Assembly: GCA_030649735.1 (NCBI GenBank)
Contig: JAUSFL010000023.1
Span: 32,001-96,000 of the forward strand
Reading direction: 5' to 3'
Length of the DNA: 64,000 nt
DNA from: Candidatus Iainarchaeum sp.
Lineage (GTDB): Archaea > Iainarchaeota > Iainarchaeia > Iainarchaeales > UBA10191
Position 1 is the stretch's first letter; the number at the start of each line of letters is the position of its first letter. Both the position numbers and the translations under genes were made by a program. The notes below the pieces were generated by a model. That model saw only the letters and a list, made by a program, of their open reading frames with translations, ran no database searches and had not been told where the DNA came from. Shown here one piece after another: positions 28,406-37,114 of this stretch.

Positions 28406-29125
28406 ATGCCTCAAATCATCCGTCAAGGCGTTGCTGCCAAGTGGCGTTCTGAAAGACTGCAGCAAGCGCGGAAAAGCCTTCATGACAAATTAAGGGTTTT
28501 CAAAGGGGCCAGCGCGCATCAGAGGAGAATGTACGCTGACTTGAGGAAAACAATTGTTTTTGGAAAGAAATTCCTTTCAACTTTTCCTGAAATTGAAGTG
28601 CGCGGGAAGAAAAGGAAAAAATTTGCATTATTTCTTTCTAGGACTGATTGGGAGTCTCCGGTTTCAATTGCATTGAATGTCCAGGACGTGCCAAAGGGAA
28701 GCAACTTGCCTGGCGCTTGGCATCCCAGGCTAATGCAAAGCAAGCTTGCTGAAGCCGGCTTGGAATTTGACAAAAATAGTGTAATAATGACTCTTCAAGG
28801 AAGGCAATTAACTGAAAGAGAGCAGAAAGCCAAGCCATTGCTTGACTTGTTCAAAAACTGTTCTGGAAAATCTTGGGCTGACTTTCTTGTTGAAAGAGTT
28901 GAAGAGCACGCAAGGCAATTGGGCTTTAAGCAATGCAAAATCAGGGAGCCAAGCACGCTCGTATTTTACCAAACTCCAGTGGTTTCAAAGCCTGGCAGTT
29001 CCAGAAGGCCTGCAACTGATGGGGAAAAATTGAAAATCAGGCAGCAAATGCACAAGCTGTATGACGGCACTGCATTAAGCCACCATTACAGGAAAGAAGG
29101 AGAATTTTGGGTCAAGGATTTGTAA
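28406..29125 (+). CDS. Basic orphan protein, C-half resembling VirK/YbjX (DUF535)/GNAT fold
   Basis: IMTLQG...FLVERVEEHARQLGF...LYD...GEFWVKDL; TATA about 25 nt upstream. Confidence 0.6.
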   Translation: MPQIIRQGVAAKWRSERLQQARKSLHDKLRVFKGASAHQRRMYADLRKTIVFGKKFLSTFPEIEVRGKKRKKFALFLSRTDWESPVSIALNVQDVPKGSNLPGAWHPRLMQSKLAEAGLEFDKNSVIMTLQGRQLTEREQKAKPLLDLFKNCSGKSWADFLVERVEEHARQLGFKQCKIREPSTLVFYQTPVVSKPGSSRRPATDGEKLKIRQQMHKLYDGTALSHHYRKEGEFWVKDL

Positions 29126-29238
29126 GTTTAAAAAGCAGGGGCTTTTTAAAGATTTTCCACCAATTTTACTGTATTAATTCCTAATTTTTTGGAATTTCTG
29201 CATTTTCGTCTGGGAAACTGGCGAGGGGGTTGTTTTCA

Positions 29239-29730
29239 ATGCAGTTAATAATCAGCGATCCTAAAAACGCAAAGGCTTTTGCAAAAAAAATCGAGGATTC
29301 AAAGCCTTTTATTGGAAAAAAAGTCGGTGACACTGTCCAGCTTTCAAGCGTTGGCTTGGAAGGCTATGAGGCAAAAATTACTGGCGGCAGTGACAAGACT
29401 GGCACTCCAATGCGCTTTGACATTCCAGGCATTGGCAGAAAGAAAGTTTACATTACAACAGGCCCTGGATTTGTTCCTTTAAGGAAAGGCCAGAGGAGAA
29501 GGGTTTTCGTGCGCGGAAACGCTGTTGCTGAAGACATTCATCAATTGAACCTGAAAGTCACAAAATTCGGCTCAAAATCTTTGGAAGAGTATTTCCCAAA
29601 GGCTGAAAAGAAGGAAGAAGAGCAAAAATTGAGCGTTAAGGAAGAAATGGTAAAGAAGTCCTTGGATTCAGTCGACAAAGTGACTGCTGAAGAAGCGGCT
29701 GCAATGGTCAAGGAAATCAAAAAGCATTAA
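29239..29730 (+). CDS. rps6e: Ribosomal protein S6e
   Basis: ITGGSDKTGTPM, GQRRRVFVRGN. Confidence 0.93.
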   Translation: MQLIISDPKNAKAFAKKIEDSKPFIGKKVGDTVQLSSVGLEGYEAKITGGSDKTGTPMRFDIPGIGRKKVYITTGPGFVPLRKGQRRRVFVRGNAVAEDIHQLNLKVTKFGSKSLEEYFPKAEKKEEEQKLSVKEEMVKKSLDSVDKVTAEEAAAMVKEIKKH

Positions 29731-29746
29731 AGAGTGGTTTTGAATA

Positions 29747-31141
29747 GTGGCTGAAAAAAAAACTAAAGTTCCAAAAAAAGCAAAAGTTCCGGAAACTCCA
29801 ATCGCGGAGATTTCTGAAGCTTCGGCTTTGGCTGAAAAGCCAGTCAAAACAAAATCTTCTGCAAAAAAAGCGAGGGAAAAAGAAATTCCCGCAATTGCTG
29901 AAGCAAAAAAACCTGAAAAAAAGCAGGAGAAAATTTTTGCAGGCGAGCCAGAGCCTTTGCAGGCGGCCTTGAACATTGGAATGGTAGGCCATGTAGATCA
30001 TGGAAAAACTTCTTTGACAAAAGCGTTGACTGGCCGCTGGACTGACACGCACAGTGAAGAGCTCAAGAGGGGAATTTCAATTCGCCTAGGCTATGCTGAC
30101 GCGACTTTCAGGAAATGCCCGAACTGTAAGGGAAGCGAGGCATTCACTTCGCAAAAAACCTGCCCTTCCTGCGGCACAGCAGCAAAAGTCTTGCGGAAAA
30201 TCAGCATTGTTGACGCTCCAGGCCATGAGACTTTAATGGCAACAATGCTTTCAGGCGCGGCTTTAATGCATGGCGCGATTTTGGTCATTGCTGCAAACGA
30301 GCCTTGCCCTCAGCCTCGCACTGCAGAGCATTTGATGGCCTTGATGCTTTCAGGGATCGAGCACATTGTCGTTGCCCAAAACAAGGTTGACCTAGTGCCT
30401 AGGGAGCAGGCAATGCAAAATTATCAGGCAATAAAGAAATTCCTGCAAGAGAACGGATTTGAAAAAGCGCCGATAATCCCGACTGCAGCAAATATTGGGG
30501 CAAACATTGACTTGCTTATTGAGGCAATCCAGGAAGCAATTCCGACTCCAGAGTTTGACACTTCAAAGCCTGCAAAAATGTATGTTGCAAGGAGCTTTGA
30601 CATCAACAAGCCTGGAATTATTCCAGAACAGCTTGTTGGCGGAGTTGTTGGGGGAAGCATTATTGAAGGCAAAATTAAAGTCGGTGATGAAATTGAAATT
30701 TCTCCAGGCATTGAGGGAAAAAAAGTGCTGACCAAGGTTTCAAGCCTTAGCACTTCAAACAACAAGCTTCAAGAGGCAATGCCTGGCGGATTGATTGCAA
30801 TCGGAACTTTGATTGATCCTTCAATTACTCGCAATGACCAATTGCGCGGCCAAGTTGTCGGAATGCCTGGAAAGCTTCCAGAGCCTGTTTCCCGCCTTAA
30901 GCTGGAATTGCATTTAATCAAAAGGCTGATAACGCAGGAATTGCAGGAAATTAAAATGAACGAGCCTGTTGTCTTGACTGTAGGCACAATGACCACTGTC
31001 GGAACAGTTGTTTCAAGCACTAAAGAGAGAATTGATGTTTTATTGAAAGCGAAAGTGATTGCGGAAAAAGGCCAAAAAATCGCAATCAGCAAGAAAGATG
31101 CCGGAAGATGGAGGTTGGCTGCTTTTGGAATCTGCAATTAA
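29747..31141 (+). CDS. eif2g: Translation initiation factor aIF2 gamma with K/E/A/P-rich N-extension
   Basis: GHVDHGKT, HSEELKRGISIRLGY, DAPGHE, PQPRTAEH. Confidence 0.95.
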   Translation: MAEKKTKVPKKAKVPETPIAEISEASALAEKPVKTKSSAKKAREKEIPAIAEAKKPEKKQEKIFAGEPEPLQAALNIGMVGHVDHGKTSLTKALTGRWTDTHSEELKRGISIRLGYADATFRKCPNCKGSEAFTSQKTCPSCGTAAKVLRKISIVDAPGHETLMATMLSGAALMHGAILVIAANEPCPQPRTAEHLMALMLSGIEHIVVAQNKVDLVPREQAMQNYQAIKKFLQENGFEKAPIIPTAANIGANIDLLIEAIQEAIPTPEFDTSKPAKMYVARSFDINKPGIIPEQLVGGVVGGSIIEGKIKVGDEIEISPGIEGKKVLTKVSSLSTSNNKLQEAMPGGLIAIGTLIDPSITRNDQLRGQVVGMPGKLPEPVSRLKLELHLIKRLITQELQEIKMNEPVVLTVGTMTTVGTVVSSTKERIDVLLKAKVIAEKGQKIAISKKDAGRWRLAAFGICN

Positions 31142-31508
31142 AATCGCGTTTGACACCAACATGCTTTTGGGCATTGAGCAATTCAAGCTTCACTTGAAGG
31201 AAGAAATCGACAGGGTTTTGCCCAAGGCAGAATTGGCTGTCCCGGACCAGGTTATTGAAGAATTGGGAAAGCTCGCTTTCAAAAGCAAGGCATTGGAAAA
31301 GCAGGTTAAAATCGCGCTTGCGTTTTTGAAGGCTGAGAAAGTCAAAACATTGAAATGGCGTGAAATTAACGCCGACAAAGCCCTTTTAGGGCTTTCGAAG
31401 AATGGTTTTATAATAGCGACTAACGACAAGGAACTGAGGAAAAGCATAAAAAAGAATTCTGGCAAATGCTTAATACTCAGGAAAAAAAAGTACTTAATTT
31501 TGGAATAA
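31125..31508 (+). CDS. PIN-domain protein (Utp24/Fcf1-like)
   Basis: FDTNML, ATNDKELR; TTG start after GGAGGT. Confidence 0.85.
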   Translation: MESAIKIAFDTNMLLGIEQFKLHLKEEIDRVLPKAELAVPDQVIEELGKLAFKSKALEKQVKIALAFLKAEKVKTLKWREINADKALLGLSKNGFIIATNDKELRKSIKKNSGKCLILRKKKYLILE

Positions 31509-31545
31509 TGGTTTTGAAAAATTTTGAAAAAAAGAGGTTGAAAGA

Positions 31546-32178
31546 ATGTATCAAGTATGCACTGTTCACGACACTGTCAGGGTTCCGCCAAACAAGTTTG
31601 CGGGAGAAATCAACAAGTCAATCTTAAAGATTGTTCAAGAGCAGTATGAAGGGCTCGTGGACGAGGATTTGGGCGTTGTTGTTTCAGTAGTTAGCGCTTC
31701 AAAAACCAGCGAGGGAAAAGTCGTTCCAGGGGACGGCGCGGCATATTATGATGCAGACCTCGAGCTTTTGATGTACAAGCCAATAGTGCAGGAAGTAGTT
31801 GAAGGAAGCATTTCTGAAGTGACTGAATTTGGGGCTTTCATAAAAACAGGGCCTTTGGAAGGCTTGATTCACGTTTCGCAAATAATGGATGATTACATAA
31901 ATCATGACGCAAAGCTTCCTGGCTTTGTCGGAAAAGAGTCCGGGAAAAAATTAACAAAGAACGAGAATGTGCTTGCAAGGATTGTGACTGTTTCATTGAG
32001 GGGAACTATTCCGGAATCAAAAATCGGCCTGACAATGAGGCAATTCGGGCTTGGAAAGGAAGACTGGCTTAAGGTTGACGAGAAAAAGAAGGAAAAGAAA
32101 GAGACAGACAAGGTAAAAAAGGAAGACAAGTTTGCCAAGTCAAAAGGCGGAGACCGCGAGCAAAGGCCCAAAAAATAA
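31546..32178 (+). CDS. rpoE1: RNA polymerase subunit E' (Rpo7)
   Basis: VRVPP, PGDGAA, EFGAF, GLIHVSQIMDD. Confidence 0.93.
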   Translation: MYQVCTVHDTVRVPPNKFAGEINKSILKIVQEQYEGLVDEDLGVVVSVVSASKTSEGKVVPGDGAAYYDADLELLMYKPIVQEVVEGSISEVTEFGAFIKTGPLEGLIHVSQIMDDYINHDAKLPGFVGKESGKKLTKNENVLARIVTVSLRGTIPESKIGLTMRQFGLGKEDWLKVDEKKKEKKETDKVKKEDKFAKSKGGDREQRPKK

Positions 32179-32200
32179 TTTTTTAAGGAAGTGAAAGCAG

Positions 32201-32398
32201 ATGGTAATGCAGGGAAAGGCTTGCAGGAATTGCAGGAAAGTCATTGAGGAAGGCAGCAAGTGCCCCAATTGCAAGGGCGAAAGCTTCACCACTTTCTGGC
32301 GCGGCTTTGTCGTATTGCTAAAGCCAGAGCACAGTGAAATCGCAAAGAAAATGGCAATTGAACTGCCTGGAAAGTACGCTTTAAGGTTAAGCAGGTGA
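32201..32398 (+). CDS. spt4: Transcription elongation factor Spt4 (RpoE'')
   Basis: ACRNC..CPNC, SEIAK, PGKYAL. Confidence 0.93.
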   Translation: MVMQGKACRNCRKVIEEGSKCPNCKGESFTTFWRGFVVLLKPEHSEIAKKMAIELPGKYALRLSR

Positions 32399-32402
32399 TT
32401 TA

Positions 32403-32711
32403 GTGAAGGTAGAAATTGAAAAAAAAGTCAAGAATCCATTGTTGCACAGGACTGACATTAGCTTCAAGGTCGAGAATGCGGAAAAAACCCCGAACAGGAA
32501 AGACCTGCGTGAAAAGCTTGCCGCGCTTACGGCAGCAAAGCCAGAGCTTTTGATTCTGGGAAAAATCTCGCAAGATTACGGCTCAATGCAAATTTCAGGA
32601 AACGCAATGCTTTACGACAATGAGGAAAGCCTTGAAAAGATAGAGCTTTTGAAGTTCAAGAGGAAAAACTTTCCTGAAAAGTACGCTAAAAAAGAAGAGG
32701 AAAAAAAGTAA
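32403..32711 (+). CDS. rps24e: Ribosomal protein S24e
   Basis: NPLLHR, TPNR; context. Confidence 0.9.
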   Translation: MKVEIEKKVKNPLLHRTDISFKVENAEKTPNRKDLREKLAALTAAKPELLILGKISQDYGSMQISGNAMLYDNEESLEKIELLKFKRKNFPEKYAKKEEEKK

Positions 32712-32724
32712 TTTGGTGAATTGA

Positions 32725-33042
32725 ATGATTGAAACCACGACAGATTTTGTTCCAGGAATGAAGATTGCAAGAATTCTTGGAGTAGTCCGCGGGAACACGA
32801 TAAGGTCAAGGGGTGTTGGCGGCCACTTTATTGCAGGCCTTCAAGGGGCTTTCGGCGGCGAAATAACGGCTTATGTTGTTGCCTTGAATGAGGCAAGGAC
32901 TGAAGCATACAATAGAATGCTTGAAGATGCAGGCAAGCTTGGCGCCGATGCAGTAATTAACATTCGTTTTGTAACCAGTGAAGTAATGCCCGGGGCAGCG
33001 GAGCTTTTGGCTTATGGAACTGCGGTAAAACTAAGCAAGTAA
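32725..33042 (+). CDS. YbjQ/UPF0145 family protein
   Basis: GGEITAY, LGADAVINIRF, AYGTAV. Confidence 0.9.
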   Translation: MIETTTDFVPGMKIARILGVVRGNTIRSRGVGGHFIAGLQGAFGGEITAYVVALNEARTEAYNRMLEDAGKLGADAVINIRFVTSEVMPGAAELLAYGTAVKLSK

Positions 33043-33059
33043 AAAGGTGAAAATGAATT

Positions 33060-33275
33060 ATGGTTGAAAAAAAGACTGACGCAAAGGCCGCGGCCAAAGG
33101 CCCTGTGAAAGGCAAGAAAAAAAAGCTCAAGAATGCATTGTACGAGATTAAGGGCGACAGTGTTTCGCGAAAAAACAAGTTCTGCCCGAAATGCGGCGCC
33201 GGAGTTTTCTTGGCAAACCACAAGGACAGGGTTTCTTGCGGAAAATGCGGCTATGCTGAATGGAAGCAAAAGTAA
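33060..33275 (+). CDS. rps27ae: Ribosomal protein S27ae
   Basis: CPKCGAGVFLANH...CGKCGY. Confidence 0.93.
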   Translation: MVEKKTDAKAAAKGPVKGKKKKLKNALYEIKGDSVSRKNKFCPKCGAGVFLANHKDRVSCGKCGYAEWKQK

Positions 33276-33353
33276 AAAGCCCGCGCTAGCAAAAGCCGTG
33301 CTTTCGCTTTTTTGCACAATGAGATTTTAAACATTTCAAGACCAAAAATCATT

Positions 33354-33950
33354 ATGATATTCAATTTTTTGCTTGAGGCAGTCCTGCTTTTGGTTCCTTT
33401 GGTTTACTTCAAAAGGAATGGATTGAATGCTGTCAAAGAGCTTGGGTTGGAGGGAAAGAAAGCCTCAAGCGCTTGGAAATACTCTTTGATAATCCTTGGC
33501 GCAATGGCTTTGGTTTCTTTTGCGCTTGCGCTGGTTTTCAATTTTTTTGGCGCGAACGACATTTCCAAAGTCGCTGATGTTTTGCAGGCCGCAAAATCAG
33601 CATCGCTGTTTTTCGTTTTCACAATCACCGTGGGCGTTGTTTTGGAGGAGTTTTTCTTCCGCGGCTTTTTGATAAAATTCATTGACAGGCAATTGTGGGG
33701 CGAAAAAAAATCGCAAAGCAGGCGCGCAAAAGCCAGGGGATTTTTGCAGGAGTATTCTGGAGTGATTCTTTCTTCGCTGTTTTTTGGAGTTTTGCATTTT
33801 GGCTATGGGAGCGTTTCAGAAATAATTGGGGCAGTGAGCTTGGGGCTTGTTTTGGCCTTGTTTTTCAAGAAATACCAGAACCTTTACGCAAACACTTACG
33901 CCCACTTGCTGTGGAATGCAATAGTCATTTTTGGGGCCGGAATCGCGTGA
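33354..33950 (+). CDS. CPBP (CAAX/Abi) intramembrane protease
   Basis: EEFFFRG, FGVLH, HLLWN. Confidence 0.88.
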   Translation: MIFNFLLEAVLLLVPLVYFKRNGLNAVKELGLEGKKASSAWKYSLIILGAMALVSFALALVFNFFGANDISKVADVLQAAKSASLFFVFTITVGVVLEEFFFRGFLIKFIDRQLWGEKKSQSRRAKARGFLQEYSGVILSSLFFGVLHFGYGSVSEIIGAVSLGLVLALFFKKYQNLYANTYAHLLWNAIVIFGAGIA

Positions 33951-33954
33951 TTTT

Positions 33955-34983
33955 ATGATTTGTTTGGCTTTGGAATGCACAGCGCACACTTTAGGGTTTG
34001 CAGTTGTTGAAAGAACTGCTGCCGGAGAGTGCAAGATTCTTTCCAATGAAAAAGACACTTTCAAGACTGAAAGCGGCGGAATGGTTCCGTTAGAGCTTCG
34101 CGCTCATCACGAGCGAGTTTGGGAAAGCGTTTTACAAAAGGCGCTTGAAAATTCAGGCAAAGCATGGGATGGCATTGACTTGATTGCGTTTTCTTCAGGG
34201 CCTGGCATGGCGCCCGCGTTGATTGCCGGCATGCAGGTTGCAAAAAAGCTTGCGTTGGAAAACAAGAAGCCATTGTTAGGAGTCAATCATTGCGTCGCGC
34301 ACATTGAGATTGGAAAGGCATTGGCTGGAAGCAAAGACCCTGTTGTAGTTTACGCTTCCGGGGCCAACACTCAAATCATTGGCTTTGAAACAGGATATTA
34401 CAGGGTTTTTGGCGAAACTTTGGACATTGGAATCGGGAATCTTTTGGACTCTTTCGGGCGCTCTTTAGGATTGGGATTTCCGGCAGGCCCGGCGTTAGAC
34501 AAGTGGTATTTTGAAGGCAGGCAATTCATTGAATTGCCTTACACTGTGAAGGGAATGGACTTGGTTTTTTCCGGCCTTGAAACTTTTGCCGAAAAATACT
34601 GGGAAAAGAATTCTTTCGGGAAGACTTTGGAAGAGCAAGGGCAGTTGAAAAAAGACCTTGCTTTTTCCTTGCTGCATAACGCGTTTGCTGAATTGACTGA
34701 GGTTACAGAACGAGCTTTGGCGCATACTGAAAAAAGCGAGGTTTTGGTTGTTGGGGGAGTTGGGGCTTCGCGCGCTTTAAAGGAAATGCTTGAGAAAATG
34801 TGCAAGGCGCGCGGCGCGCAATTGTTCATCACTCCGCTTTCAGTTGTCGTGGACAATGCCGCAATGATTGCGTGGCTTGCTCTTTTGGAGCAGAATGCCG
34901 GAAGAGCGCAAAAGCTTTCAGAAATTGACATTAACCCAAAATGGCGGACAGACCAGGCAGAGGCAATCTGGATTAAAAACTAA
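33955..34983 (+). CDS. kae1: KEOPS tRNA t6A synthase Kae1
   Basis: ECTAHT, NHCVAHIE, SGANTQ, GETLDI, DNAAMIA. Confidence 0.95.
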   Translation: MICLALECTAHTLGFAVVERTAAGECKILSNEKDTFKTESGGMVPLELRAHHERVWESVLQKALENSGKAWDGIDLIAFSSGPGMAPALIAGMQVAKKLALENKKPLLGVNHCVAHIEIGKALAGSKDPVVVYASGANTQIIGFETGYYRVFGETLDIGIGNLLDSFGRSLGLGFPAGPALDKWYFEGRQFIELPYTVKGMDLVFSGLETFAEKYWEKNSFGKTLEEQGQLKKDLAFSLLHNAFAELTEVTERALAHTEKSEVLVVGGVGASRALKEMLEKMCKARGAQLFITPLSVVVDNAAMIAWLALLEQNAGRAQKLSEIDINPKWRTDQAEAIWIKN

Positions 34984-35000
34984 AAGCCCATTAATAAAAT

Positions 35001-35648
35001 ATGCAAGAACGCTTTTTTGATTTTTTGTTCTATTCAACAACGGTAATTTTTCTTGTAATCGCTTATCTTACGGGAAATTTTGCAATAATGCGGGGAATTA
35101 TTGCTTTTGAATCCCTTGCCCTTCTAATAAATATAGTGCTTTTCTATGCCGCTTCCCAACTCATTGTTTCAAAAAAGCATTCTGCAAAGCTAATACTTGC
35201 ATTGTATGTTGCTTTCGTGGCTTTTTTTCCATTCGCTATTGGAAAATTAAATTCAGGCATTCTGACAATTTACTCTCTTTCATATTTTTATATTTCAATA
35301 TTTTCGCGCTTTTTTCTATTCTTTCACTTTGCAAAAGAAAAAGCAAAAATGGATGGGATTTTAGAGAATGACCAAAAGCAAATTTCAGCGGAGTTTTCAG
35401 AAAATGTGGGACATACAATTCAAAAGTTCTGTCTTTTTTTTGCATCTGGAATGATTTCCGGGCTCGTCATACTACCATTAGGCTTTGGATTAACTGCTGG
35501 CGGTTTATACACCCAGCTGACTATTGCTTTTACTGCCTTGATTTATTTTATAATAATTGCATTATTTTCGCTTTATTCATCCCTAAACTTGAAAATGCAT
35601 CGAAATCTTTTAAGGCTTTTAACAAAACGCCACACAAAAAGAAAGTAA
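35001..35648 (+). CDS. Multi-pass membrane protein, unknown function
   Basis: About six hydrophobic segments; AT-rich. Confidence 0.6.
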   Translation: MQERFFDFLFYSTTVIFLVIAYLTGNFAIMRGIIAFESLALLINIVLFYAASQLIVSKKHSAKLILALYVAFVAFFPFAIGKLNSGILTIYSLSYFYISIFSRFFLFFHFAKEKAKMDGILENDQKQISAEFSENVGHTIQKFCLFFASGMISGLVILPLGFGLTAGGLYTQLTIAFTALIYFIIIALFSLYSSLNLKMHRNLLRLLTKRHTKRK

Positions 35649-35709
35649 ATAGATAAATGTCGCATGGTACTAATTCCAGAAAGGAAAAGAGACGGAGTTG
35701 GCCTAAAGT

Positions 35710-36429
35710 TTAGAATTTCAAAAGCATTGTTGCAATTGCAATTGCCACAAATCCCGCAAGGGTTGCCAAGAGTGCCGGAAAGTCCTTTTGCTGCTTGTGC
35801 GCTTCAGGCAATAGGTCGCTTGCGCCCAAGTAAAGGAACCATCCTGCAACGAATGCTATCAGGAAACCAAGCTGGCTTTCGTCAATTGGAAGCGCCAATG
35901 CGGTTCCAGCGCCTGCAAACACTGCAATCGCCAATGCAATGAACCATTTCCAAAACTGGTTTTTCTTTCTCAAAAGCATTACTGTAACTGAATTGACCCC
36001 GTCTGGAATGCTGTGCACTACGATTGCCAATGCAACGATTATTCCGACCTGGGGGCTTGTCTTGAATGAAAGAATTATGACTGCGCCATCCAAGAACCTG
36101 TGCAATACAAGCCCAAGAATTGCCGAAGCGCTTGAAGGCTTTGCGTGCCTTTCAGAATCGCAGTGCTTTTCAGTGCACGGGTGGACCAGAATGAATCGTT
36201 CAAGCAAAAAATAGAGCAAGAATCCGAACGCGAGAAAAAAGCTTGTCAGGCGCGCTTCTGAAAGGCCGAATGCTTCAGGCAGCAAGTCAAAGAATGCAAT
36301 TCCAATCAGCAGTCCAGAGCTTAATGCAACAAGCAATTTAAGGTTTTTCTCGAATTTTGTTGCAAGAAAGCCCCCGAAAAATGTTGCCGCGATTGCGGCA
36401 ATCAAGAATGCAATTGCCTGAATGTCCAA
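35710..36429 (-). CDS. ZIP-family metal transporter
   Basis: DLLPEA, HRFLDG, HSIPDG, SDLLPEAH. Confidence 0.88.
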   Translation of the reverse strand: MDIQAIAFLIAAIAATFFGGFLATKFEKNLKLLVALSSGLLIGIAFFDLLPEAFGLSEARLTSFFLAFGFLLYFLLERFILVHPCTEKHCDSERHAKPSSASAILGLVLHRFLDGAVIILSFKTSPQVGIIVALAIVVHSIPDGVNSVTVMLLRKKNQFWKWFIALAIAVFAGAGTALALPIDESQLGFLIAFVAGWFLYLGASDLLPEAHKQQKDFPALLATLAGFVAIAIATMLLKF

Positions 36430-36438
36430 AATACCACT

Positions 36439-36774
36439 TTATTTTTTTGCGACTGCTTTCAATACTTCTTGCTTCAGGCTTTTGCAGCTTTCCTGCAGTG
36501 CTGAAATGAAATTCCATTCAGTTGCTGTTGAGACAATTTTTTTCTTTGGCGCGATTATCCTGCAGTGGACTTCGTACTGCTTGCGCGCGCCTTTCTTGTT
36601 TTTTTGCCCGAATTCCTTGGCTTGAATTGTCATTTCGAATTCTGGAAGCACGTTGGAGATTTTTTCAAAATTTTCCTTTACCGTGCTTAATGCAGTCAGT
36701 TCGTCAATTTCATCCAATTCCGGAAAACCCAGCAGTTTTATGCCGTTTTCTTGAGAGAATTTTTTCAAAGCCAT
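36439..36774 (-). CDS. Stand-alone HPF/RaiA-like domain protein
   Basis: Beta-alpha-beta-beta-beta-alpha pattern; YEVHCRI...ATEWNFISALQE. Confidence 0.5.
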   Translation of the reverse strand: MALKKFSQENGIKLLGFPELDEIDELTALSTVKENFEKISNVLPEFEMTIQAKEFGQKNKKGARKQYEVHCRIIAPKKKIVSTATEWNFISALQESCKSLKQEVLKAVAKK

Positions 36775-36840
36775 CCTAAACCTACCTCTTGTTTCATTTT
36801 CATTATAGAGTCTTAACGCAGAGAATTATTATAAATTGTG

Positions 36841-37110
36841 TTATTTTGCCTTGAACGCAAAATGAATGTATGCAAAGAGCACAATCAGCACTGCCAGGAA
36901 GAAATAGCTTAATGGCGCCGGAATGAAGTTTATTGCAGGGTCCACCCAAACGTAAATTCCTGCTGCTATCAGGAACACTATCAATATTTGGCTAAAGTAC
37001 TTGAAGACCGCGCGCGGGTTTTTTATTTTCAGCGCTTTTTCAATTGCCTTGTTTCTTATGCGAAGGCCTATTTCCAGATTTTTTGCCCTGATTTTTTTCA
37101 TGGCGCCCAT
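36841..37110 (-). CDS. Small two-TM protein with basic N-terminus
   Basis: Two hydrophobic helices. Confidence 0.55.
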   Translation of the reverse strand: MGAMKKIRAKNLEIGLRIRNKAIEKALKIKNPRAVFKYFSQILIVFLIAAGIYVWVDPAINFIPAPLSYFFLAVLIVLFAYIHFAFKAK

Positions 37111-37114
37111 TAAT

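Noticed and set aside
32398-32403. Missing DUF359 (dephospho-CoA kinase) between spt4 and rps24e
   Set aside because: Simple gene loss or relocation; cannot be evaluated from this window.
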